A DNA stretch of 64,000 nucleotides, taken from Calditrichaceae bacterium. GTDB taxonomy: Bacteria > Calditrichota > Calditrichia > Calditrichales > JBFXGD01. Below the pieces are notes generated by a model. It searched no databases, had not been told where the DNA came from, and worked only from the letters and a program-made list of their open reading frames with translations. Shown in pieces: positions 28,401 to 37,339 of the stretch (within the stretch, counting starts at the first letter, position 1; each line of letters opens with the position of its first letter). The position numbers were made by a program, and so were the translations under genes. The stretch lies in the NCBI GenBank assembly GCA_050173015.1, contig JBFXLE010000009.1, positions 1-64,000 of the forward strand, given 5' to 3'.

Positions 28401-31400
28401 GGTCCAACCCTGAATATCTACCAGAGGGGTGAATTCATACTGTCTCATCTCAGCCTGCTGAGACTGGATTTTTTGCAGCCATTCAACCAGGGTGTCTGAT
28501 TGGTTTAAGAAAATTCTGACGGGGAGGGTGTTGATAAACAAGCCAACCATTGATTCCACACCGGGTATTTCCGCCGGCCGGCCGGAAACGGTTGCCCCGA
28601 ATACGACGTCATTCTCACTACTGTACCTGTTCAGCAGCAATGACCAGGCGCCCTGAATCAGGGTAAACATGGTCAACTGATTTTCTCTCGCTAATTTTCC
28701 TAATGATTCAGAAAGTCGGGGAGAGAGTAATACGCGTTCCTTTGAATAGCCATAGGGGGAATCAGACTTATGCATCTTAACCGGTAAAGGCGTGGGGGAA
28801 GTGAATCCAGCCAGTTGTGTTTTCCAGAAAGTTTTTGCCAGTTCCATATCCCTTTTCTGCAGCCACGAAATGTATTCACGATAGGGAGTTGAAAGTTCCT
28901 GACTGACAGGTTCTTTCTTTGATAAAGATTCGTAGAGCTCAAATATCTCTTTTAGTATGATTTGTGTGCCCCAACCGTCAAATAGAAGATGATGATGACT
29001 CCATACAAAATAATGTGTATTCTTGTCCAGTCTTATCAGGCCGATTCGCATCAGAGGCGCGTTTGCCATAGAAGTGATTTCTTTCAATTCGCCGCTCAGA
29101 AAATCATACATCAGGGATTTTTGTTTATCTGCGGAATCACCGCTCCAGTCTAAAATTGTGAACGGAATATCGATTGTTTTATATACAATCTGAAGCGGGC
29201 GATCGAGTCCTTTCCATATATAAGCGCTTCTCAGAACCTCATGTCTTTCGGATACCTTCTGCCAGGCGAATTTAAACATCTCCGGATCCAGTTCTCCGGT
29301 GAATTTGCAACTAAGCTGTTCGCTGTAAACTTCTGTTTCCGGGGACATCAAGGAATGAAAAAGCATTCCCTGCTGCATGGGTGAGAGGGGATAGATGTCT
29401 TCAATCAGAGGATTCGCTTCATAAATTCGGTCCAGATAAGCCTGATCGATCGAGGCAAGCGGGAAATCGGATGGGGATACTCCGCCGGCTGCCGCTGACA
29501 GGCAGTGAGAAATTATATCTTTAAGCGTTGTCAGATATCGGTTTGCCACATCTTCAATAGTTGATTTTTTATGAAAATTCCTGCTGTAACTCCATTCTAG
29601 TTGAAGCCTGCCCCCCGCGATTGTAGCGGTGATATCTATAAGATGGGAACGCGTGTTCGATGGGCTTCGTTCGGCTCCGCGGTTTTCCCCGGCCATCAAG
29701 AACATATTATTATCAGATGATCCGGAATGCTGGTCAAATTGTCCGAGATAGTTAAAACTGATTTTTGGCGATTGATTTCGGTCGTACTCTATATCCTTAT
29801 TCTGCGTTAAATACCGTAAAACCCCATAATTCATGGATCTTGAACGAAGTTCATGCAGTTGTTCTTTGATGGATTTAATCAATCGGCCTTTATCCGCCGT
29901 ATCGGGAGGGCAAGAGATATATACAGGATAAATATTGGTAAACCAACCGACCGTGCGGGATAAATCAACATCATCAAAAAGAGATTCCCTTCCGTGACTT
30001 TCCAGATCGACCGATACGGTAGTTTCACCCATCCATTCAGATAATACAACGGCAAGGGAAGTCAGAAGAATGTCATCAATCCCTGTCCGGTAAACCGACA
30101 GTACTTTTTTGAGCAATGATTCCGTATCATTCTCCGGTAGTGATACGCTGACCGTTTGAACGGATTTCTCATCATTTGCGCCGTTTGAAAAATCAATTAC
30201 AGGTTCACCTGCTTTTTTGGCGCGCTGTTCTAACCAGAATTCGGAATCCTTAACAGCCGGATCTGAAGAAGCGTAACTGTTCACTTTCTCTGCCCAGGAC
30301 TTAAATGATGTCGTCTTTCCGGGAAGATCAGAATGCCCGTTCTGAAGATGCTGAGTGTAAACCGACTGAAAATCATCCATCAGTATTCGCCACGAAACAC
30401 CGTCAACCGCCAGGTGATGGATGACCATTAACAATCGGTCATTACTGTCTGCAGCTCCTGAAAAATAAACGGCTTTCAAAACAGGACCCGTAGATATCTC
30501 AAGTGACGCTTGAGCTTTTTCGCATAAATGGTGAAGTTCAGCTTTAAATTGCTTTTTGTCGAGAGTTGATAAATCGATGTATTCAAACGGAATATTTTTA
30601 TCAGGCTCCGCGATTGATCCTTTCCAGCCTGTTCCTTCATTGACAAATCGTAATCGCAGGGCATCATGATGATGTATCAGGGTATCAATCGTCTTTGATA
30701 AAATATCCGGATCAAGCTTTTCACTGACCTCCAGCAGCAGCGACTGATTGTAATGATTCGGATGACTCAAATTTTGTTCAAAAAACCAATGAAGTATCGG
30801 AGTTAAGGGCACCTGACCGGTGACCACTCCCTGCTCAGCGTCAATTTTAACGCCGCTGTCAGCTACTGACGCAAGTTTTTCGATTGTCGGATACTGGAAA
30901 AATTGTCTCGGAGAAAGCCTGATTCCCGCCTGGTTAGCTCTCGCGATGACCTGAATGCTAATGATCGAATCCCCGCCGAGTTCAAAGAAATTATCCCGGG
31001 TACTCACTTCATTTAAGCCCAAAACATCTTTCCATATTTCAGCGAGAATTACTTCTTTTTCACTCACGGGCCGGATAAACTCATGCTCAACCATTTTACG
31101 ATCAATTTCAGGAATGGGCAGCGCTTTTCTGTCCACTTTCCCGTTAAGAGTCAGCGGGATTTCAGATACCGAAATGAAATACGAAGGGATCATATATTCA
31201 GGCAGTGTACCTGCAAGAAATTCCCTTAATTCAGTGATTGACGGCGGATTTGAGTTTTTACAGGTGAAATAGGCTACAAGTCTTTTTTTACCGGGTTCAT
31301 CTTCACGGGCAAGGACCGTTATTTCATCAATGGATTTATGCTGAAGCAGGACAGCTTCAATTTCTCCCGGTTCGATCCTGTAGCCCCGAATTTTAACCTG

Positions 31401-34400
31401 GTCGTCCAGCCGGCCGATAAATTCCAGGTTACCGTTTCGCAAATATCTGACCCGGTCACCGGTTTTATATAATCTTTCTCCCGGTAAGCCTGAAAACGCA
31501 TCCGGTATAAATCGCGCGGCCGTCAGATCCGGTCTGTAGAGATAGCCTCTGGCTACTCCTTCACCACCGATATAAAGTTCACCTGATATTCCCGCCGGTA
31601 CGGGATTCAGGAACTCATCCAGGACATATACCCGCGCGTTGCTGATGGCTTGCCCGATGGGAACGGATCCGGTACCGCGCCATTTTTGAGCCTCAAAAAC
31701 AACGCAGCCCACAACTGTTTCCGTTGGACCATACTCATTCAGGAGCAAAGTATCCGGCGCGTTTTTCTGCCAGAACGCGATTTGCCCAGAGGTTAAATTT
31801 TCCCCTCCAATGACGAATGCCCGGGTCAAACCCGCCGCCTGCATGGGATCAATCTGATGACTTAACAGATCCAGATGAGCGGGAGTGATTTTTATGAGGC
31901 TAAAGTCTTTATACGCGATCAGCGCCTTTGACAGATCTTCCAGATCCGTGTCATCAGGCAGAAGCGTTATTGTTTTTCCTGTTAACAATGGTGTGAAAAC
32001 CGCCGTTACCGTCGCGTCGAAAGCAAGGGTGGAGTGTACCAGTGATCCCCGGCCATCGGTCAGCGGATAGGCTTCAATACACCAGTTTAGATAATTGGTC
32101 AAACCACGGTGGGTTATCAATGTGCCCTTGGGTTTGCCTGTTGAACCGGAGGTATAGATCAGATAAGCCAGATGATCTGCATACACATTTACGTCCGGTG
32201 CAGAAAGATCCTGAGACGAAATCAGCTCCTTTTCAGAATCAAGGCAAACAACTTTTAATATATGTTTTGATAACCGGGGAAGCAGCGCGCTGTGAGTCAG
32301 CAGAATAGGCACACCGGAGTCTTCAATGATAAATGCCAGCCGGTCTTCAGGATAAGACGGATCTATGGGAACATAAGCGCCGCCCGCTTTAAGCACTCCA
32401 AGAACAGAAACGATCAGATCTGTCGAACGCTTCATGCACAATCCAACCGGAACATCGGGGCCGACACCGAGGGATATCAGATAATTCGCGAGACGGTTAC
32501 TCGCCTCATGAAGCTGCCGGTAAGTAAATGTTTCCAGCTCACCGAGTTCAAGGGCAATTTGATCAGGCGTGTTCATGACCTGACCGGAAAAAATTTGATG
32601 AACCGGTAAATCTGTCTTAAGCGGATTCTCCTTACCATTCCATTTGAAGAGCAACTGATCATGTTCGCGCTCCGATATCATGTTGATCCGGCCAACCTGT
32701 TCGTCCGGATTGGTTGTCAAACCGTTTAGCAAGTTTTGAAAATGATCCAGCATAACCGAAATCGTCGATTCGTCAAATAAATCGGTGTTATATTCCAGAG
32801 CGCCGCTAAAACGATCTTTTTCTTCGGTGATAAACATCGTGATGTCAAACTTTGAAGTACCGCTGTGGGCCTCGATCGGACTGATGATAAGATCAGATGA
32901 CTCATTTTCCGATTTCTCGGGCAGGTTAAGAATGACAAACATTACCTGGAAAAGAGGGGAATGACTCGTATTACGCTCCGGCTGCACTGCGTCGACGATC
33001 TTTTCGAACGGTACATCCTGATGGGCATAGGCGCCCAGGGCCGTTTCCCTGACATTTTGAATCAGCTGCCGGTAAGAAATCTCCCCGGAAAGATTCGCGC
33101 GCATCACAAGTGTATTGACAAAAAAGCCGACAATTCCTTCAATTTCAGGACGGTTCCGGTTAGCGATGGGGGTACCGACACAAATATTTTTCTCATTGGT
33201 ATAGCGGTACAGGAGAGTCTGAAAAGCCGCGAGTAATACCATAAATAAAGTGGCGTTCTCATCATGGGAAAGTTTTTTGACACGATCCGCGATATTTTTA
33301 TCAATGCTAAACGGCAGATATGCCCCCTTAAATGTCGGCATTGCGGATCTCGGCCGGTCTGTCGGCAGCTCAAGAACAGGAGGAATGCCGGTAAGCTGCT
33401 TTTCCCAGTATTTCAATTGCTCATCGAGTATATCTCCTTTAAGCCAGCCGCGCTGCCAGTGGGCGAAATCGGCATACTGAAGCTTTACTTCCGCAAGAGG
33501 CGATGGCCTTTTATTTAAAAAGGCATCATATATAATGGATAATTCACGCATCATCACCTGCGATGACCAATTGTCTGATATGATATGATGAATCACCAGG
33601 ATCACGGCGAAATCCTTATTGGCGATCTTTAATAATTCAATATGAAACAGAGGCAGTTTATCAATTGAAATAGGCTCTAGAGATTTTTCCCGAGCGATAC
33701 GTAGTATTTCTGTCTCTTTCCCGGCGGATTTCATATGTTTTAAATCCGTGATTTTCATGGATATCCGGTATTCATCGAAAATTTTTTGCGTCGGCGAGCC
33801 GTTCTCAGTTATAAATACCGTTCTCAGCGATTCATGCCGGCGGATAATTTCATTAAAACTTGCTTCGAAGACTTTGATATTCAGATCGCCTTTTATCCGG
33901 TAGGTTTCCGGTATGTTGTAAAAGGGGCTGTCGGGTTCGAGCTGATCCAGAAACCAAAGACGCTGCTGGGCAAAAGAGAGCGGAAGTTCCCGGTCTCTCG
34001 ACACGGGAAGGATAGGTGGGGCGATGATCTGTTCACCGGCCAACCGCGCCTCATCGACACAAAGGGCAAGACCAGAGACCGCAGGAAATTCAAATACTTT
34101 CCTCAGGGGAAATTCGATGTCGAATGTCTTTTTAATCCTGGAGACGAGCTGTGTCGCCAGTAAGGAATGTCCACCCAGATCAAAGAAATTATGCTGAGAG
34201 CCTACCTCATCAATATTCAGGAGATCTCCGACGATCACGGCAATCTTTTTCTCCGTGTCAGTTTTCGGTTCTACATATTCCGTTGTAAGCTGTTCAAGAA
34301 TCTGATTCTGATCGGGATTTGGCAAGGCGCGCCGATCGATTTTTCCGTTTGGTGTAAGCGGCAGCTTTTCGAGGGAAATATAGGCGGCCGGAATCATATA

Positions 34401-37277
34401 ATCGGGAAGCAGGTTGGCGAGATACTCTTTTAACACCGTTGCTGAGACGGTGGCATCAGAGTCGGTCACATAGTAGGCAATCAATCTTTTGTCGCCATTG
34501 GAGTCCTCCCGCAGGCTCACCGCCGCGGTCTTAATCCGGTCATAATCCTGCAAAGCGGTTTCAATTTCGCCTAATTCCACCCGGAATCCGCGAATTTTGA
34601 CCTGATTATCGCTTCGGCCAAGAAATTCTATGTTTCCGTCCGGCAGATAACGTCCTACATCACCGGTGCGATAAAATCGTTCACCCGGCATGCCGTAAGG
34701 ATACGGTATAAAACGATCCGCTGTTAGGTCCGGCCGGTTAAGATAGCCCCTGACAACACCTGCTCCACCCACGAATATTTCACCCCTGACTCCCACCGGA
34801 ACCGGTTCAAAATGGTTGTCAAGAATGTATAGCGTCATATTGGCAAAAGGACGTCCGATGGGCACCAGTCGGTCACCGGGAAGGTCCAGCTCTTTTGTCT
34901 CGAAATATGAACTGTCGATAGTCGCCTCGGTCAGTCCAAAGGAATTTATCAACCGGGTTTCGGTTCCCGCGACGCGATTAAATCTCCTGTATTCTTCCAC
35001 ATACCAGATATCCGATCCCGCGATCAGATTTCTTAAAAAATTCAGATTTTTATCATTTTCTTCGAGAAAATCAGCCAGATTTCTCAATACGGCCGGGACG
35101 AATTCCGCGGTGTCGATATTTTCTTTTATCATTAAATCATATAGCCGCGTCGCTTCCAGCAATATTTCACGGGGCGCCAGCACCAATTTACCCCCGGAAC
35201 ACAAAGCGCGTGTCCAGTCACCGGCAAACACATCAAATGAAAAACTGGCCATCTGCAGATGATTCCGGGCGCGGCTTTTGAGTTCATACGCGTCTTCCCA
35301 GGCAAGATAGGCGTTGATCAAATTCGCGTGTGAAACCATGACACCTTTTGATTTTCCGGTAGAACCGGAGGTGTAGATAAGATAGACCAAATTTTCCGGT
35401 CCGGCAGTATTCTTCGGATTGCAGGCCGGTTCATCCGCTAAAATATTTTCAGCCGTGTTCAGTTCAAAAATTTCTCCCGGGTAATCATTAATAATATTTT
35501 TAAGATGATCATCACAAATCAGCATGGGTGCATTCGCGTCCTCAAGCATATATCTTAGGCGATCGCCGGGGTAGGACGGGTCAAGAGGCAGATAGGCGGC
35601 TCCGGACTTCAGAACACCGAGCACGGCGATCATCAGTTCACACGACCGTTCCATAAGTATAGCAACCGGCGTGTCGGGGCCAATCCGCTTTTTTTTCAAA
35701 TAATGAGCAAGCCGGTTTGCCTTTTTGTTCAATTCCTCATAGCTGATCGATTTTTCCCGGAATACCACAGCTGTAGATGCCGGGGATTCGTTGACGCGAC
35801 TTTCAAATATTTGGTGAATCCCATTGAATTCTTCGTGTTCCGCTGAAGTCGCGTTCCATTCCCGCAATATTCTGTTTCTTTCTTCACTTTCCAATATGGG
35901 TATATTCGCTATGGATATATCCGGGTTGGCTGAAACAGAAATTAATAAATTCCTGAAATGAGACAGCATGCGCTCAATAGTCGATTTATCAAATATATCG
36001 GTATTAAATTCCGCCGCCACGTTCAGACCGGCTTCACTCTCCGCGATACTGAAAGTCAGATCAAAGGTTGATGTACCCATATCGACGCTGATCATTTCAA
36101 GTGTGAGTTCACCCACGGGCTGCAAAGAAACGGGTGTGTTTTGCAAAATAAACATCACCTGAAAAAGCGGTGATATCCGCATATCTCGTTCCGGTTGAAG
36201 CGCGTCAACAAGGTACTCAAAAGGCAGATCCTGATTTTCATAAGCGTCAAGAGTGCTCGCTTTGGTCCTGCCAACAAATTCCCGGAAAGTCGGCAGGTCG
36301 TCAAAATTTGTTCTTAAAACAAGGGTATTTATGAACAATCCGATCACGCCTTCGACTTCACCGCGCGTACGGTTGGCGATCGGGGTGCCGACACAAATAT
36401 CGGTTTGCCCTGAATATCGGTATAAAAGGGCATTGAATGCGGATAGGAGCGTCATAAACATCGTCACACCTTCCCGCCGGTTAAGACGATGCAACTTTTC
36501 TAAAGTATTACTTGAGATTGAAATTGATGCTGATGATCCCTCATTGGTTATCACAGGAGGTCTCGAACGGTCAGTCGGCAGTTCAAGCACCGGCGGATTG
36601 CTTCCCAGGTGATTTTTCCAGTAATCCAGCTGTTTTTGAAGCAAATCGCCGCGCATGTATTCCTTTTGCCAGCTTGCATAATCAGCGTATTGAATGGGCA
36701 GCTCCGGCAAGGGTGAAGGCCTGTTTTTCGAGAAGGCTTCATACAGGGTGGTGATTTCACTGACCAGAATACCCATTGACCATCCGTCTGAAATTATATG
36801 GTGAAGGGTTAATAGGGCGATGATTTCCAGATCGGATTTTTTTAGCACGGTAATCCTGATAAGCGGTCCCTTTTCCAGATTAAAAGGGCGTCTCGCTTCT
36901 TCGGTGGCGAGTCTTATAATCTGTTCTTCATGCTCACCGGAAACTGTCTTATCCAGAGAAATAACGGGCATGGGAATTTTCATTTGTTTTGTAATCACCT
37001 GCATCGGCTGTCCGTCAACAGCCGTAAAAGTCGTTCGAAGGGATTCGTGACGCAAGACGATCTCATCGATAACTTTTTTAAGGATTTTCAGATCGACGCT
37101 TCCTTTAAGCCGGAAAGCTATCGGTATATTGTAATAAGGACTCCCGGGTTCGAACTGATCCAGAAACCAGAGACGCTGTTGGCCGAAAGAAGCGGGGAAT
37201 ACATAAACTTCATCACCGTTCATGTCCGGCTGACCTGCGTTTAATACCTCAGGTTTTTGTAGTATTGTTTCATCCAT
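25473..37277 (-). CDS. Terminal NRPS: C-A(Orn)-T-C-A(Asn)-T-E-C(DCL)-A(unknown)-T-TE
   Basis: Three HHxxxDG-type C sites (the second reads HHIISDNW), three YTSGSTG A domains, T motifs GGHS/GGDS/GGHS, E motif HHLAVDGVSW, TE GWSFG...GDH. Codes by eye: DVGEIGSIDK, DATKVGEVGK, DAELVGGIVK. Confidence 0.95.
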   Translation of the reverse strand: MDETILQKPEVLNAGQPDMNGDEVYVFPASFGQQRLWFLDQFEPGSPYYNIPIAFRLKGSVDLKILKKVIDEIVLRHESLRTTFTAVDGQPMQVITKQMKIPMPVISLDKTVSGEHEEQIIRLATEEARRPFNLEKGPLIRITVLKKSDLEIIALLTLHHIISDGWSMGILVSEITTLYEAFSKNRPSPLPELPIQYADYASWQKEYMRGDLLQKQLDYWKNHLGSNPPVLELPTDRSRPPVITNEGSSASISISSNTLEKLHRLNRREGVTMFMTLLSAFNALLYRYSGQTDICVGTPIANRTRGEVEGVIGLFINTLVLRTNFDDLPTFREFVGRTKASTLDAYENQDLPFEYLVDALQPERDMRISPLFQVMFILQNTPVSLQPVGELTLEMISVDMGTSTFDLTFSIAESEAGLNVAAEFNTDIFDKSTIERMLSHFRNLLISVSANPDISIANIPILESEERNRILREWNATSAEHEEFNGIHQIFESRVNESPASTAVVFREKSISYEELNKKANRLAHYLKKKRIGPDTPVAILMERSCELMIAVLGVLKSGAAYLPLDPSYPGDRLRYMLEDANAPMLICDDHLKNIINDYPGEIFELNTAENILADEPACNPKNTAGPENLVYLIYTSGSTGKSKGVMVSHANLINAYLAWEDAYELKSRARNHLQMASFSFDVFAGDWTRALCSGGKLVLAPREILLEATRLYDLMIKENIDTAEFVPAVLRNLADFLEENDKNLNFLRNLIAGSDIWYVEEYRRFNRVAGTETRLINSFGLTEATIDSSYFETKELDLPGDRLVPIGRPFANMTLYILDNHFEPVPVGVRGEIFVGGAGVVRGYLNRPDLTADRFIPYPYGMPGERFYRTGDVGRYLPDGNIEFLGRSDNQVKIRGFRVELGEIETALQDYDRIKTAAVSLREDSNGDKRLIAYYVTDSDATVSATVLKEYLANLLPDYMIPAAYISLEKLPLTPNGKIDRRALPNPDQNQILEQLTTEYVEPKTDTEKKIAVIVGDLLNIDEVGSQHNFFDLGGHSLLATQLVSRIKKTFDIEFPLRKVFEFPAVSGLALCVDEARLAGEQIIAPPILPVSRDRELPLSFAQQRLWFLDQLEPDSPFYNIPETYRIKGDLNIKVFEASFNEIIRRHESLRTVFITENGSPTQKIFDEYRISMKITDLKHMKSAGKETEILRIAREKSLEPISIDKLPLFHIELLKIANKDFAVILVIHHIISDNWSSQVMMRELSIIYDAFLNKRPSPLAEVKLQYADFAHWQRGWLKGDILDEQLKYWEKQLTGIPPVLELPTDRPRSAMPTFKGAYLPFSIDKNIADRVKKLSHDENATLFMVLLAAFQTLLYRYTNEKNICVGTPIANRNRPEIEGIVGFFVNTLVMRANLSGEISYRQLIQNVRETALGAYAHQDVPFEKIVDAVQPERNTSHSPLFQVMFVILNLPEKSENESSDLIISPIEAHSGTSKFDITMFITEEKDRFSGALEYNTDLFDESTISVMLDHFQNLLNGLTTNPDEQVGRINMISEREHDQLLFKWNGKENPLKTDLPVHQIFSGQVMNTPDQIALELGELETFTYRQLHEASNRLANYLISLGVGPDVPVGLCMKRSTDLIVSVLGVLKAGGAYVPIDPSYPEDRLAFIIEDSGVPILLTHSALLPRLSKHILKVVCLDSEKELISSQDLSAPDVNVYADHLAYLIYTSGSTGKPKGTLITHRGLTNYLNWCIEAYPLTDGRGSLVHSTLAFDATVTAVFTPLLTGKTITLLPDDTDLEDLSKALIAYKDFSLIKITPAHLDLLSHQIDPMQAAGLTRAFVIGGENLTSGQIAFWQKNAPDTLLLNEYGPTETVVGCVVFEAQKWRGTGSVPIGQAISNARVYVLDEFLNPVPAGISGELYIGGEGVARGYLYRPDLTAARFIPDAFSGLPGERLYKTGDRVRYLRNGNLEFIGRLDDQVKIRGYRIEPGEIEAVLLQHKSIDEITVLAREDEPGKKRLVAYFTCKNSNPPSITELREFLAGTLPEYMIPSYFISVSEIPLTLNGKVDRKALPIPEIDRKMVEHEFIRPVSEKEVILAEIWKDVLGLNEVSTRDNFFELGGDSIISIQVIARANQAGIRLSPRQFFQYPTIEKLASVADSGVKIDAEQGVVTGQVPLTPILHWFFEQNLSHPNHYNQSLLLEVSEKLDPDILSKTIDTLIHHHDALRLRFVNEGTGWKGSIAEPDKNIPFEYIDLSTLDKKQFKAELHHLCEKAQASLEISTGPVLKAVYFSGAADSNDRLLMVIHHLAVDGVSWRILMDDFQSVYTQHLQNGHSDLPGKTTSFKSWAEKVNSYASSDPAVKDSEFWLEQRAKKAGEPVIDFSNGANDEKSVQTVSVSLPENDTESLLKKVLSVYRTGIDDILLTSLAVVLSEWMGETTVSVDLESHGRESLFDDVDLSRTVGWFTNIYPVYISCPPDTADKGRLIKSIKEQLHELRSRSMNYGVLRYLTQNKDIEYDRNQSPKISFNYLGQFDQHSGSSDNNMFLMAGENRGAERSPSNTRSHLIDITATIAGGRLQLEWSYSRNFHKKSTIEDVANRYLTTLKDIISHCLSAAAGGVSPSDFPLASIDQAYLDRIYEANPLIEDIYPLSPMQQGMLFHSLMSPETEVYSEQLSCKFTGELDPEMFKFAWQKVSERHEVLRSAYIWKGLDRPLQIVYKTIDIPFTILDWSGDSADKQKSLMYDFLSGELKEITSMANAPLMRIGLIRLDKNTHYFVWSHHHLLFDGWGTQIILKEIFELYESLSKKEPVSQELSTPYREYISWLQKRDMELAKTFWKTQLAGFTSPTPLPVKMHKSDSPYGYSKERVLLSPRLSESLGKLARENQLTMFTLIQGAWSLLLNRYSSENDVVFGATVSGRPAEIPGVESMVGLFINTLPVRIFLNQSDTLVEWLQKIQSQQAEMRQYEFTPLVDIQGWTEVPRGLPLFESIVVFENFPVNTSMNRHQNALEISEIESFERTNYPLTIVASPGDHLAVEAAYQSHLFSKTVIKRMLGHLETIFSSMASNPNLKLSEIPILTPSETQTMVSEWNQTGKYFPDMVSIHLWFEAQVEKSPEAIAVKFGDYEITYSALNAKANQLGRYLIKQSVKREELVGICLNRSVEMVIAALAILKAGGAYVPIDPAYPKERISYMLEDAKANILLTERSLAAGLPENLGHRIYMDEIWDIISDESSENINLPVFPENMAYVIYTSGSTGKPKGTMLHHGGLCNTIHSLIDKFSYTPKSRVLQFASFSFDASVEEVFATICSGGCLIIVNRESLLAPAEFIKLINSEKISKVLLPPSLLSILPEDPMPSLKTIVSGGEACTRGIASRWYKNRIFINGYGPTESTIVAAYHRVSELPDSDAIPIGRPIDNIRLYVLDPFMNPLPVGIPGELYIGGPGLARGYLDKPHLTAEKFVPNPFDQIPGSRLYRTGDLVRYLDGGDIEYLDRIDNQIKIRGFRIELGEIESLLRKVPGVTDSAVIVREDSPGDKRLTAYIIIKDNSDISTQQIRNALKNDLPEFMIPGALIRLEKFPLLPNGKVNRKALPSPELDEIRIDEDHIAPRGSIELKLVRIWREILNIPIVGITDNFFDLGGHSLLAIRVIDKIQQEFDREIPLVSLFSDPTIENLAKLLTQEVKSDNFNPLVELKKGTASEPVYFIHPTGGSAHWYIQLAELLHTRRPVYGIQARGFDGKLDLHTTIESMASYYVDAVRRQQPEGPYFLAGWSFGVIVAFEMGRQFSEMNQEVGFLGILDSGPYIPHQEEPKDDSELLQKMFSSHFELDAEMLREMEYDEQLKFVLKIAKKEKVLPRFIRQNQFKLYVHINKIQTGAWRKYKPLNFNGKITLFRADENRDYDNLPDDLGWKKYAGKGVDIINVPGDHITMMTKPNVKILAEKIGLLLDNLDVDKKE

Positions 37278-37339
37278 ACAGGAAATCCTTTTTTTTATTT
37301 AAAACTCACCATACACGCGAAAAATATCTTACTCGCGCG

